Shown here in pieces: positions 47,741-61,204 of a stretch of 64,000 bases of DNA. Origin of the DNA: Eledone cirrhosa (Eukaryota); the NCBI GenBank assembly GCA_964016885.1, contig CAXHJY010000020.1:62001-126000 (forward strand), in the 5' to 3' direction. Made by a program: the position numbers and the translations under genes. Within the stretch, counting starts at the first letter, position 1. Every line of letters starts with the position of its first letter. The notes below the pieces were generated by a model. That model was not told where the DNA came from, did no database searches, and saw nothing but the letters and a program-made list of their open reading frames with translations.

Positions 47741-48148
47741 AGGTGGGTTGGCAGTATCGGTAGAGGGTCGGACGCCATGCTTTGCAGCATAGAGTTACGT
47801 CCTTTTACGGTCCGAGGTCAAATCCCGCCGAGATTAACTTTGCCTTTCATCCTTACGGGGTCGATAAAATAAAGTACCAGTCACGCACTGGGTCGATTTA
47901 ATCGACTTCCTCCTCCTCCCAAATTGCTGGCCTTGTGCCTATATAAGAAACCATTATTTTAAGTGGATTGGCAGCATAGGTAGAGGGTCAGACGATGCTT
48001 TGTGGCATAGAGTTGCGTCCCTTTACGGTCTGAATTCAAATCCCGCAGAGGTTAACTTTGCCTTTCATCCTTATGGGGTCGATAAAATAAAGTACCAGTA
48101 ATGCACTGGGATAATTGCTGGCCTTGTGCCAAAAGTAGAAACAATTAT
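47741..48148 (+). mobile_element. Two tandem SINE family A copies
   Basis: Two consecutive heads (GGTTGGCAGTATCGGTAGAG at 47746 and GATTGGCAGCATAGGTAGAG at 47966), each with a full body. Confidence 0.9.
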
Positions 48149-48695
48149 TTTATGTTTAGAAAAGCTACGTGAGATATCTATTGTTTTGTTCTTTATTCAT
48201 TTTTATGGGTGCTATGTTTATTCGCGGTCTCATATTTGGTCGAGTGTGTGATGGGCGTAGTGGCGGAAGTTGTGGGTTCTCCGCCCTTGTTTTTGACAAT
48301 TTCCGTCGGGCGGCGTATACATGACTTCTACTTGTGGCAGCGTTGGACTTGGATGTTAAACAGACACAGGTATAATAATAATTTATTATAAATTTAGAAA
48401 TGTTTGTACATTTTGGTTTACAATTCTAATTTATTCAGATTTATTTCTAGGTTATGGGTTTCAGGTTTCGTTGTTCGGACTTGAAATATTTGGTGGATAA
48501 TTTTCTTGTGGTGGACGTTGTTTATTGTGTTAAAAGTTGTATCTTGTTGATGAATATACGTATTGGTGTGGTGGGTCTTAGTTGGTTTAGGTATGTAGTA
48601 TTCGTTTACTATTATTTTGATCTTGGGAGGGGTTGTGAGAGAATTCTTTTATATATACACATACACGCATATATATATATATATATATATATATA

Positions 48696-48793
48696 CAGGG
48701 TGTCCCAAAAAATGTAAACACACTTTAATTACCTGTACAGGCAATATTTATTAGAATGTTTTTTGAAGTATGTATACATTTTTCGGGACACCC
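48696..48793. mobile_element. ~100-bp Tc1-like MITE
   Basis: TA CAGGGTGTCCCAAAAAATGTAAACA ... TGTATACATTTTTCGGGACACCC. Confidence 0.7.
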
Positions 48794-48797
48794 AAAA

Positions 48798-48955
48798 AAG
48801 GTACTCAATACGTTGGTAGAGAATATGCGTCTTTAGTATATATAGAAATGATTTCATTTGTATGATATCATCAGGAATGTCCTGGCCATACCTCATGATT
48901 TCATACGAATGAAACAGTTCTAGTTCTGTAAAAGTAATTTCTCTCTCTCACTGTA
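48798..48955 (-). mobile_element. Inverted pair of degenerate hammerheads (pLTR-like)
   Basis: Minus: ATTC CTGATGA tatcatacaaat GAAAT. Plus: CTCATGA tttcatacgaat GAAAC AG..CT GTA. Same family as 5925-6020. Confidence 0.6.
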
Positions 48956-48978
48956 TATATATATATACACACAGTCAG

Positions 48979-49053
<75 letters not shown>

Positions 49054-49084
49054 TAGACAGATATACATACACATACATATATAT

Positions 49085-49290
49085 AATGATTTCTACTATA
49101 GGCATAATGCCAGCAACTTTGGGGGAGGGGAAAGTCGATCAAATCTGCCTCAGTGCATTACTGGTACTTTATTTTATCGAACTCGTAATGATGAAAGGCA
49201 AAGCTAACCTAGGCGGGATTTGAACTCAGAACGCAAATAGTCGTAACTCTATGCCACAAAGCATATTGTTCGACGCTCTACCGATAATAC
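49085..49290 (-). mobile_element. tRNA-derived SINE, family A
   Basis: Family motifs present throughout. Confidence 0.8.
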
Positions 49291-49494
49291 ATGTTTAATA
49301 CCCGAGTAAATTAGTTATATTACTAAATCCCTTCAAAATACATAATTATTTTCAAATTTATTTGAAAAACCATAGGCAGTGTTTTTCACTAGAAATATGG
49401 TAACGAAAGGGTTAGGAAGTTTGTATTTATCTAAAATTCGTCCACCAACATTTAATTTCAGAACCGTCCTTAATTTAAGCTCTAAGCACCGACT

Positions 49495-49745
49495 TCTTCT
49501 TATTGGGACAGAGTCATAAAATACACCTTCCAGCGGATTCTGTCAGTAACAACCGTCTCCGGCTGGGTCCCCAAACGAGACCAGCCAAATTTAAGGATGT
49601 TGTCCAACTATCGTGTTCGAGGTCTACCTCTGGGTCTCTTGCCAGTTGGTTTTGCCCTCAGACTTTGTCCAGTGATTCTTTCCTGGGACATTCTAATCAC
49701 ATGCCTAGTAGTATCAGAGCTGTGATCTCTCAATTCGGAGAAGTA
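49495..49745 (-). mobile_element. RTE (Rex3-like) LINE 3' fragment
   Basis: Minus strand ...RPRGRPRTR*LDNILKFGWSRLG; homologous to 1205-1447. Confidence 0.6.
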
Positions 49746-50167
49746 GCGGCTCTACTTGGAGTTATTCATTTCAAAATTAATTGAACACTATAGGCAGTAC
49801 CTTTCATTAGAAATATAGTAATGAAGGGGTTAATAACCAGTTAGAAAAGTAAGAATGGTTTCCATTTATAAAGCTTTTCGTCAATAGCAACGACGGAATT
49901 AAAAAAATGAAGTGTGAAATTACAACAGCGGAAATAGCAGATCAACATGACTTCCGGTTTCTACTATTGATTCAAGTTTTCGTTAAAGAACATAACGATG
50001 GCGACAATAACAACAACAACAATAGCAACAACGACAACCACAATAACAGGTTCCAAAATAACAACAATAATAATAAAAACAGGAAATTTCAGTTTACAAA
50101 AATTAGAACGACAGCAACAACATCTACTACTACTACTACTACTACTACTACAGTAACAACTACAATA

Positions 50168-50318
50168 ATGGTTTTTGATTTTGCCACAAGGCCAACAATT
50201 TTGAGGGAAGGGCAAATCGATTAAATCGACCCCAGTGCGTTACTGGTACTTTATTTTATCGACCTCGTAAGGATGACAAGTAAAGCTAACCTCGACGGAA
50301 TTTGAACTCAGAATGTAA
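50168..50318 (-). mobile_element. SINE family A, 5'-truncated
   Basis: Central domain and 3' part present. Confidence 0.75.
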
Positions 50319-50504
50319 CAGCTACAATAATAGCCAGTTAAAACAACAACAAAAGAATAGCAACAACTGTACCATCATCCACAACGACAAAACCAAAAGC
50401 AACAACAATGGTCACAGTAAAAAAAAAAAAAACAGGTGCGTCAGAGGTGCACTAATTTGAAGTTATTTTATTTGGGAGACTAGCATGCTTAACTAGAATG
50501 GGGC

Positions 50505-51355
50505 GCACAGTGTAGAGCGTGCCTAGGGTGCTAAATACACAGGCACATATTGTAGTGTTAGCCTACTGCGCTAGATACTCATGCATACATTGTAGAGCCA
50601 GCCTATTGGGCTAAATACCCAAGTGTACATTGTAGAACTAATCTCTGATACTACTTGCCCAGACACATTGTAGAGCTAACCTAGGGTACTAAATACACAC
50701 ACACATTTTAGAGCTAGTCTAGGGCACTAAATACCCAGATACACACTGCAAAGCTAACTTAGGGCTCTAAATACCCAGGTACACTTTGTAGATCTAGCCT
50801 AGGACACTAAATACCCAGATACACATCGTAGAGTTAACCTAATACACTAAATACCGTTACACACTCTGTAGAGCTAGCCTAGGGCGTTAAAAACTCAGGC
50901 ACACATAAAACTAACCAATGGTACTAAATACCCAGATACACACTGTACAGCTAGCCTGGTGCGTTAAAAACGTAGACACACATTATAGATCTAACCAATT
51001 GTACTAAATATCTAGATACACATTGTATGGCTAGCTTAGGATGCCAAATACCTACAAGAAGGTGCTGAAAAGTTCATGGCTTTGAGTAAAGGAAAATACA
51101 GGAGGATCAGTTAATTATGATTTTATTGAACATATTCCCCTCTCAGATTCGCAAACTTAATGCAACGGTCCTTCAGTTTTTCTAAGTCCTGTAAAAATAA
51201 CCCGGAATCTTGGGTCTCCAACCAGGCCTCTGTAGCAGCGATCAAGCCAAGAACTTTTCATCATACCACGTAGGTATGCATTGTAGAGCTAGTTTAGGGG
51301 ACGAAATACCCAGACACATATTGTAGAGCTAGCCTAGGAAACTAAATAGCCAGGC
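50505..51355 (-). repeat. ~40-bp minisatellite, same family as 9830-10130, interrupted by a MITE
   Basis: CACACATTGTAGAGCTAGCCTAGGGCACTAAATACCCAG-like units, about 15. Confidence 0.85.
51055..51270. mobile_element. mariner-type MITE
   Basis: TA | CAAGAAGGTGCTGAAAAGTTCATGGCTT ... AAGCCAAGAACTTTTCATCATACCACG | TA. Removing it restores one minisatellite unit. Confidence 0.85.
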
Positions 51356-51474
51356 GCCGGCTCTGGTATTAGTAACAACGACAACCACAACAGTAGCAGA
51401 TATTACTGTAACTAGATAAAAGTGGAAATAGGATTGGTAGTTGATATATTAGCAATCACAACAACAACAATTGT

Positions 51475-51725
51475 AATTATCTCTACTTTAGGCTCAAGGT
51501 CAGCAATTTGAGGTGGGTGTAGGAGTCGATTATATCGCCATCAGTGCTTGACTGGTATTTTCTGAACGTTAAGGTTACCATATTTAATATACCGAAAGTT
51601 TATGCCCCCTCACTCACCACTTCCCCGAAGGATGAAAGGCAAAGTTGACCTTAGCTGTATTTGAACTCGGAACATAAAGGGTCGTAACTAAATGCCACAA
51701 AGCATTTTGTCCGTCACTCTAAAGA
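51475..51725 (-). mobile_element. Older SINE family A copy
   Basis: AAGGATGAAAGGCAAAGTTGACCT...TTTGAACTC. Confidence 0.7.
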
Positions 51726-53129
51726 TATCAATGTAAGATAGATAAGTGACGGTATATAATATATAACAGCGACAAAGTCAGTACAACAATGTTAGATAGA
51801 TAGATAAGGGTAGAGGGATGGTGTTAGTGCATGTTAAGCAAACCAACACCACAAGTAACAACAACAATAGTAACAGTAACAACATAACGGTGTTTGTTTA
51901 GCAGATCAAATGTCAACTAAATATACACAATGATAAATAGATTAACCAAACAGTACATCTTTATCTTGTTTCATTGCTGTTGCTTGTTGCTATTGTAAGG
52001 GGTTGGTGGTGTGGTTAGTGTCACTTGTTACTGTTGGTGGTAATGCGACTTGTCAGTGTTGTTGTTTCTGTCACTTTTTGGTTCTTGTTATTTGTTGCTA
52101 CTGTAAATTGCTAATGTTATTGTTGTTGTTGCTCTTGTTGTTGATGCTCTTGTTGTTGCTTTTGTTAATGTGATATTTTTATAGTGTAGTTGTTGTTGTT
52201 GTTAATGTGATTTATTATGGTTTAGCCCTAGGTCAGGACTGATTAAATAGATATTATCGTTGTTGTTGATGTTGTTGTTAATGCAACGTATTAATGTTTA
52301 GCCCCAGGTCACAACTGATTTAATAGATGATGTTTTCGTTGTTGTAGTCATTTATAATGTAAGTTATTATTATTTAGCCCTACGTCAGGCCTGATTTAAT
52401 GGATGTCTGATCAAAGTCGTTACAGCTTTGACTACCCATTAAAAACATAGCCTCTACAAGACCGTACGACCTGCTAGAAATAGCAGCTGAATCGTACTCA
52501 AATCTCACCCTAATGTCGAGAATAAAAAGGTCACATTGAACAATGTAGTTCGAGATAGAGAAAAGAGAAACAGGTCAGGGATGGATCAGAAATAACCTGG
52601 ACCTAAACAACAATAACGATAACAACAACAACAACAACATTGATGAATGTTTAGCCCTAGGTCTTCCTTGATCTATCCAACAGATGATTAAAACACTCCT
52701 GTTATGACAATCTTGACTTTAGGCTGTATACGAAACATTACTTTGTCATGTATATTGAAGACAGTAAGGTAGGCTTTGAGAGACATTTGGCTGCTATTTC
52801 TAGCAGATCCATTGACTACATAGAAGTTGTCTGTTATCGTTTTTACACTACCATGCATGAAGGAGGAGAAGGAAGATGGGGGGGGGGTATCCATTGGGTT
52901 GGAATAAGAAAAGAAGGGGTGTCGAGAAGAGGGAGGGTGAGTCAAGTAGAAATCTTGGTAACGAAAATATCTTCACCTTAATGTACAGATAGAAACAGCA
53001 ACATGCATTCTATACACATGCACAAACATATACAGACAGACATATAGTACACATGCGCAGGTGTATGTATGTATGCTTTCAAACATTCATTTTATTGTGA
53101 GAATCAAGAAGACAGCACTCTCTCTCTCT

Positions 53130-53570
53130 CATGCCTGCGTACCTCATCCCTCCCTCATATCTGAAGGTCGGGGGTCATGGACTTATGGATCAGCACTCTA
53201 TCTTCTTCTGTCTCTCGTCATTGCCGTAGATTCCGCCAAACCCCTTCCCATCCATTCCTTAATATCATCTGTCCGCCTCCTTTTCTGCCGTCCTCTGACC
53301 CTTTTCCCTTGTATTCGACCCTCGAGTATGAGGGTAATCAAATTTTGGGTCCTGATGACATGACCAAATTACTGAAGTTTCCTTTCCCTTACTGTTTCAA
53401 CTAACTGTCGATTGGCACCAATCTCTTCCAGGACAGATTCATTTGTTCTGTGAGCTGCCCTGCTAATTCTAAGTGCACGCCTATAATTCAAATGCATTCA
53501 GTCATTTTAAGTCAGATGCCTTTAAAGTCCACGACTCACAACTATATAGAGCTGATGTCCACACATACAT
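53130..53570 (-). mobile_element. LINE 3' fragment (L2/RTE-like)
   Basis: Minus strand RKLQ*FGHVIR....ILEGRIQGKRVRGRQKRR.TDDIKEW...DRRRYR; (GA)n tail. Confidence 0.7.
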
Positions 53571-53671
53571 GTTCACGCATACTTCTGCGTCCACAGATTG
53601 ATTTTTTATAGTTTCAGAAGATCCCGTTAAGGATGAACGCAGCGATTCTTTGCTTAAACTTTAATCTGTTT

Positions 53672-53722
<51 letters not shown>

Positions 53723-53733
53723 CCATGCCCATT

Positions 53734-53774
53734 CCGAGCTGAGGATCCGCTAAAGTTGAAACAATTGTTCTCGG
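53734..53774 (+). ncRNA. Minimal type-I hammerhead ribozyme
   Basis: CCGAG CTGAGGA tccgctaaagtt GAAAC AATT GTT CTCGG; palindromic stem III, weak stem II. Lies in a 150-bp element (53721-53871) between (TA)n tracts. Confidence 0.7.
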
Positions 53775-53889
53775 TATGATGAACTAACTGTTGTGTAACC
53801 ACTTCTACCTAACTCGTCCCATGGACTGAGTGCTCTACCACTACGGATATTATCTTCCAGTGTTCTACCACTATATATATATATATATA

Positions 53890-54058
53890 TGAAAAGATTC
53901 AGGATCCCGACAGCTAGATTCGAACCCGCGTTCGGATCTAGCTGTCTAAACGGCCGGAGCTCAGCCACCGGGGTCCTGAATCTTTTCCTATTACCCACTC
54001 TACTACCCCAATTATCGAGTACTCTGGTGGGTTATGGTCCACCTGGTACTTTACCACA

Positions 54059-54060
<2 letters not shown>
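53890..54060 (+). mobile_element. Fold-back hammerhead-half element, family H1
   Basis: GACAGCTAGATTCGAAC ccgc GTTCGGATCTAGCTGTC TAAACGGC..GCC, then CACTC...GAGTACT. Confidence 0.8.
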
Positions 54061-54124
<64 letters not shown>

Positions 54125-54149
54125 TCGTCTTAACATCCAAGTGGCGTTA

Positions 54150-54193
54150 ACCTCCCTGAAGACGGTTAAGGAACCAGAAAAAGCCGTTAAGGT
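54150..54193 (+). ncRNA. Degenerate hammerhead-like motif
   Basis: ACCTCC CTGAAGA cGGTT aagg AACCa GAAA aagccgt TA AGGT. Confidence 0.4.
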
Positions 54194-54721
54194 GCTCTCC
54201 CTCTCCCTTGTTTTCTAAAGTCTAGTGCTGAAATCCACCACTTCTAAAATTCATAGCTTCATAGCAAGGCTGAAAAAATGTTTATTTAAATGAATATTTC
54301 GTATATTATTCAATATAGAACCCCAGTTACAAACACACGCACGTTTGATCACTTCATCCTTGTTGGTGAATCGACATTCCTCCACAGGGCATCTTATAGT
54401 ATGCATGAAATCTGTTTGATCCTTACAATTGGAACTAACAGCGATCCCACTTTATATCATGAATGCATGGTGCCTTATGTGGGGAGGAATATGTATGGGT
54501 GTGTTGAACGGTTAAAAATTAACCGAATGAGCACTCAGTGCGGATGAGTAGTGTATATATTGTATTTTCTAAAAAATAAAAAAATAAAAAAAAAGTAAAT
54601 TGGCAGTGATTTGAAGTTTCAGCAGTATTGCCTCTTCAGACTGCGAGTTTGAAGCGTTCTGTAGTTTAATATGTTTAATGATGATGGTGGTAATGATCAG
54701 TGGATGGTGGTTGTGATGATG

Positions 54722-54935
54722 ATGGTTTCTTATATAGGCACAAGGCTAGTAATTTGTGGGGAGGGGAAGGACATTAAATCGACCCCAGTGCGTGACTGGT
54801 ACTTTGTTTTATCGACTCCGGAAGGATGAAAGGCAAAGTTAATCTCGGCGGGATTTGACCTCGGACCGTAAAAGGACGTAACTCTATGCTGCAAAGCATG
54901 GCGTCCGACCCTCTACCGATACTGCCCATCCACCT
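54722..54935 (-). mobile_element. tRNA-derived SINE, family A
   Basis: Full length; shares diagnostic bases and 5' flank with the 47741 copy. Confidence 0.9.
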
Positions 54936-55724
54936 AAAATAATAATTATCCACACCTAACCCTACCCCACCACCACCACTACCACCACCACCTACCCCAC
55001 CACCACCACGATTTAAGTGCTCGTTGATTGATTACAACTTCGTGTTGGAGTTGTGGAATGGTGGGGTGGTCGGGTAAGGTGGGCTGGTGGTGGTGGTGGT
55101 GGGGTGGTCGGGTGGCGTGGTGGAGTGGCTTTGTGTTTACACACACATTACATTGTGTGACTAAACGATAGATAACGCCATAGAAAATTACTCCCCCACC
55201 ACACACCAAACCCAACCCACCTCCCTACCTCACCCCTTGTCATTTCTATTGTCGCCGCCGCCGCCGCCGCCACCACCTCCATCACCACCACAACCACCAC
55301 AACCACCATCAATAGCACCATCACCACCACCATCACATCCACCAACACAACCACCACCATCACCACCACCATCACCACCACCACCACCACCACCACCATC
55401 ACATCCACCAACACAACCACCACCATCACCACTACCATCACCACCACCATCACATCCACCAACACAATCAGCGTCATCACCACCGCCACAACCACCACCA
55501 TCACCACAAGCACCACCATCACCACAACCGCCACCACAACCACTACCATTACCACTACCAAACCACCACCATCACCACCACCAATACATGTACAACCAAC
55601 AACAACAACCACAGCAACATTACACAACAGCTGTACGCTATCGTATTTCAATTCCATGGAAGTAATGGTTCATAATGCCTATCACTCGTTTCCCACTCTC
55701 ACCATTCCTTCTGGCCCTCCCTCC

Positions 55725-55853
<129 letters not shown>

Positions 55854-55861
55854 CTGTATAT

Positions 55862-56045
55862 ATAGGAAAAAGTATGACCCCAACGGCAGAGCTCAAGCCG
55901 TTTCGACGGCTATTAGCCGTCGAAACGGCTTGAGCTCTGCCATCGGGGTCATACTTTTTCCTATTACCCACTCTACTACCCTAAATATTGAGTACTCTGA
56001 TGCGTTATGGTCCATCTGGTTCCTTACCACAATTCCTTCGTTATA
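55862..56045 (+). mobile_element. Fold-back hammerhead-half element, H1 subfamily
   Basis: Near-perfect ~50-bp-arm palindrome centred at GACGGCTA-T-TAGCCGTC, then GAAACGGC. Confidence 0.8.
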
Positions 56046-56084
56046 TATAAATATATAAATATATATATATGACGGATTTATATC

Positions 56085-56120
<36 letters not shown>

Positions 56121-56122
<2 letters not shown>

Positions 56123-56325
56123 GGAAAATAGTCAGGACCCCGACGGCTGAGCTCCGGCCGTTTCGACAGCTAGATTCGAACTAAGCACTGCTGGCTTAGT
56201 TCGAAACGGCCGGAGCTCAGCCATCGGGGTCTTGACTCTTTTTCTATTACCCACTCTACTACCCTAAGTATCGAGTACTCTGATCCGTAATGGTCCACCT
56301 GCTATCTTACCTCACCCTCTTTGTT
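56121..56325 (+). mobile_element. Fold-back hammerhead-half element, family H1
   Basis: Palindrome centred at CGAACTAAGC..GCTTAGTTCG; H1 body follows. Confidence 0.8.
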
Positions 56326-56370
56326 ATATATTGCATAAATATATGACGAGTTTATATCTTTGCATATACA

Positions 56371-56409
<39 letters not shown>

Positions 56410-56444
56410 TGTGTGTGTGTGTAAGTATGTGTATCTCTCTCGCT

Positions 56445-56503
<59 letters not shown>

Positions 56504-57344
56504 TACAGAATAAATGTAACTAAGGCTGCAAGAGTCAGTATATAAATTTATACATTGAGTATCAAGCTATGTAAATATGTCAAATTCATCTATTTCCCTG
56601 TAAATTAGATCCTATCACATATTGTAGTATCAATGAAATCGGTGTACTAATCTGCATATTTCTAGTACTCGTGTTCGGAGTTAAATTTGATATATAATAA
56701 ATTGTGCGATAAGCAACCGAGTACAAGGAATATATACCTGTTTATATACAATATAGAGATAACTGTGACTGCATACATATATTGGGTCATCAAGTATGAA
56801 ATTTGTAGAAAAAAAAAAAATCAAATTTCTACAAATTTCATACTTGCCGACCCTATGTATATATATATATATATTTATTTATTTATAACAAGAAACAGGG
56901 GCTCTGTAGTTGCTGGATAAGGTGTACTTACAATTAAGAGGAAAGTACGAACGGGAGAACATTTTCCTTCATCAGTTGTCTGCTGGGGATGATGGATATT
57001 TCTACGCATTAAAGACAAGATATCTAACCCCAGTGCGTCAATAACTAAAGGAAGTTATATATATATAAAGTTTGACTCAACAGTACCAGCGGCTTTCGAG
57101 AAAAGTAAAACAAAACGGAGAATAGATATTGCAGGACTATGCTACTAATCGCCTCCATGATCATATGGTGGCATTGATGACTCAGCTACAGTACGAGAAT
57201 GTTTGTATCTCATTAGCACCTTAAAATAAGGAATATGATCTCATTGGCGTCACTGAGTCTAATAGATATACCCTGTGTGTTGGGTGTCGCGAAGAAGAAG
57301 GATATGGAAAAAAGGAGGAAGGGGAGGAGGAGGGGTGATGAAGA

Positions 57345-57515
57345 AGAAGCTGACCCCGAGCAAGATGGATGGATAACATCCATGAGCTTGGATGGTCTCG
57401 CTTGCGGACTAAACCGGATCTGTTGGAGACGGTTGGTTCTAACAGGACTCGCAGGAAGGCTTATTTGAAGACTCTGCCTCCATGACCTTCTCAAGAATAA
57501 TAGAGCGAAGAAGAA
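57345..57515 (+). mobile_element. RTE (Rex3-like) LINE 3' fragment
   Basis: Homologous to 1270-1447, ending GCGAAGAAGAA. Confidence 0.6.
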
Positions 57516-57719
57516 ATATGGCAGGACGTGTGATGTTGTAGTAGTCAGTATTTTGAAGGAAGAATGTAATGGGTGGAGGAGGAGGAGATGCCTTTACAGT
57601 TTAGTAATATTGCGAGAAGTCTTGGAGTAAAGTTAATGATTGCTTATCGATCTCCAGAAGATTAGAAGTGGGGACAGATGAGGGTCAGTGGGTAAACAAA
57701 TATGAGGGAATATTTAGGA

Positions 57720-58010
57720 ATTAAGGAAAATACTATAACGAAGTCCTCACCGGAAGTGATTTCAGGGAATATTCACACACCAACTAGAACCCCTAACCGG
57801 AATAGACGCAGACACATTAGCTGGTACAACCCTCCTTTCTATTTGATGTTTGTTTGGTGGTTTTTAAATTACTAAAGAAACACTTCTCCACACAACACAA
57901 AGGCTGCCCTATATTTAATAGAAACATAATTAAGCTGTCGTATTCTACTACACATAACCTCACCAGGAATATAACTAAGTCAAACATGTCTAAATTAACA
58001 CGTTACACAT
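57720..58010 (+). mobile_element. Penelope-like linker fragment
   Basis: RNRRRHISWYNPPF, FLKLLKKHF, IFNRNIIKLSYSTTHNL parallel the 23030-23200 region. Confidence 0.7.
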
Positions 58011-58079
58011 AAAGTGGTTTGAGAAAATAAGGTAATTGACCAAATCCAACTATCTGACCAATAAATGCAACCACTATCC

Positions 58080-61040
58080 CACCTTCATCATCACCACCAT
58101 CACCCACATCAACACTACAACCACTACCACCACCCACATCAACACAACTACTACCACCACCACCCACATCAACACTTCAACCACTACCACCACTACCATC
58201 AACACTACAACCACTACCACCACCACCCACATCAACACTACAACCACTACCACCACCCACATCAACACTACCACCACTACCATCAACACTACAACCACTA
58301 CCATCACCCACATCAACACTACAACCACTACCACCACCCACATCAACACAACTACTACCACCACCACCCACATCAACACTTCAACCACTACCACCACTAC
58401 CATCAACACTACAACCACTACCACCACCACCCACATCAACACTACAACCACTACCACCAACACTACAACCACCACCACCACCCACATCAACACTTCAACC
58501 ACTACCACCACTACCACCAACACTACAACCACTACCACCACCACCACCCACATCAACACTACAACCACTACCACCACCACCCACATCAACACTACAACCA
58601 CTACCACCACCACCCACATCAACACTACCACCACTACCATCAACACTACAACCACTACCACCACCCACATCAACACTACAACCACTACCACCACCACCCA
58701 CATCAACACTACAACCACTACCATCAACACTACAACCACTACCACCACCACCCACATCAACACTACAACCACTACCACCACCACCCACATCAACACTACA
58801 ACCACTACCACCACCACCACCCACATCAACACTACAACCACTACCACCACCCACATCAACACTACCACCACTACCATCAACACTACAACCACTACCACCA
58901 CCACCCACATCAACACTACAACCACTACCACCACCACCACCCACATCAACACTACAACCACTACCACCACCCACATCAACACTACAACCACTACCATCAA
59001 CACTACAACCACTACCACCACCACCCACATCAACACTACAACCACTACCACCACCCACATCAACACTACCACCACTACCATCAACACTACAACCACTACC
59101 ACCACCACCCACATCAACACTACAACCACTACCACCACCACCACCCACATCAACACTACAACCACTACCACCACCACCCACATCAACACTACAACCACTA
59201 CCACCACCACCCACATCAACACTACAACCACTACCACCACCCACATCAACACTACCACCACTACCATCAACACTACAACCACTACCACCACCCACATCAA
59301 CACTACCACCACTACCATCAACACTACAACCACTACCACCACCACCCACATCAACACTACAACCACTACCACTACCACCCACATCAACACTACAACCACT
59401 ACCACCACCACCCACATCAACACAACTACTACCACCACCACCCACATCAACACTTCAACCACTACCACCACTACCACCAACACTACAACCACTACCACCA
59501 CCACCCACATGAACACTACAACCACTACCACCACCCACATCAACACTACCACCACTACCATCAACACTACAACCACTACCACCACCCACATCAACACTAC
59601 CACCACTACCATCAACACTACAACCACTACCACCACCACCCACATCAACACTACAACCACTACCACCACCACCCACATCAACACTGCAACCACCACCACC
59701 ACCACCACCACCACCACTACCACCAACACTACAACCACTACCACCACCACCCACATGAACACTACAACCACTACCACCACCCACATCAACACTACCACCA
59801 CTACCATCAACACTACAACCACTACCACCACCCACATCAACACTACAACCACTACCACCACCACCCACATCAACACTACAACCACTACCACCACCACCCA
59901 CATCAACACTGCAACCACCACTACAACCACTACCACCACCACCCACATCAACACTACAACCACTACCACCACCCACATCAACACTACAACCACTACCACC
60001 ACCACCCACATCAACACTACAACCACTACCACCACCACCCACATCAACACTGCAACCACCACCACCACCACCACCACCCACATCAACACTACAACCACTA
60101 CCACCACCACCCACATCAACACTACAACCACTACCACCACCACCCACATCAACACTGCAACCACCACCACCACCACCACCACCCACATCAACACTACAAC
60201 CACTACCACCACCCACATCAACACGACAACCACCACCACCACCACCACCACCACCCACATCAACACGACAACCACTACCACCACCCACATCAACACTACA
60301 ACCACCACCACCACCACCACCCACATCAACACGACAACCACTACCACCACCCACATCAACACTACAACCACTACCACCACCGCCCACATCAACACTACAA
60401 CCACCACTACAACCACTACCACCACCACCCACATCAACACGACAACCACTACCACCACCCACATCAACACTACAACCACTACCACCACCACCCACATCAA
60501 CACTACAACCACTACCACCACCCACATCAACACTACAACCACTACCACCACCACCCACATCAACACTACAACCACTACCACCACCCACATCAACACGACA
60601 ACCACCACCACCACCACCACCACCACCCACATCAACACGACAACCACTACCACCACCCACATCAACACTACAACCACTACCACCACCGCCCACATCAACA
60701 CTACAACCACCACTACAACCACTACCACCACCACCCACATCAACACTACAACCACCACTACAACCACTACCACCACCACCCACATCAACATTACAACCAC
60801 TACCACCATCACCCACATCAACACTACAACCACTACCACCACCACCACCCACATCAACACTACAACCACCACCACAACAACAACAATCACCACCACCACC
60901 ACCACCCACATCAACACTACAACCACCAACCACCACAACAACAATAACAACAATCACCACCCACATCAACACTACAACCGCCACCACAACAACAACAACA
61001 ACAATCACCACCACCACCACCATCACCACCAATACCACCT
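58080..61040. repeat. ~3-kb CCA-derived minisatellite (CCCACATCAACACTACAACCACTACCACCA core)
   Basis: Variable-length units in multiples of 3; open in several frames on both strands. Confidence 0.95.
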
Positions 61041-61204
61041 CATTGACCCTATTTATACAACCAATCAATCAACATCTGGTCGCCAGTAGCGTCCCTTCTA
61101 TTTGGGCGATAAAAACAAACAAAGCAAGTGAGGCTTAGTTTGAGAGTATTCACAACTTTATCGAAAACATTATCGATCACTCACCTCTGTAATAAGGAGC
61201 ACAA

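Noticed and set aside
48160-48640. Possible further PLE endonuclease remnant on the minus strand (also 232-400)
   Set aside because: Only faint motif echoes; cannot be supported without an alignment.
58036-61089. 1017-aa Thr-rich mucin-like ORF
   Set aside because: Triplet-derived minisatellite open in several frames on both strands, starting from a non-ATG codon next to a PLE fragment, with no signal peptide or globular domain.
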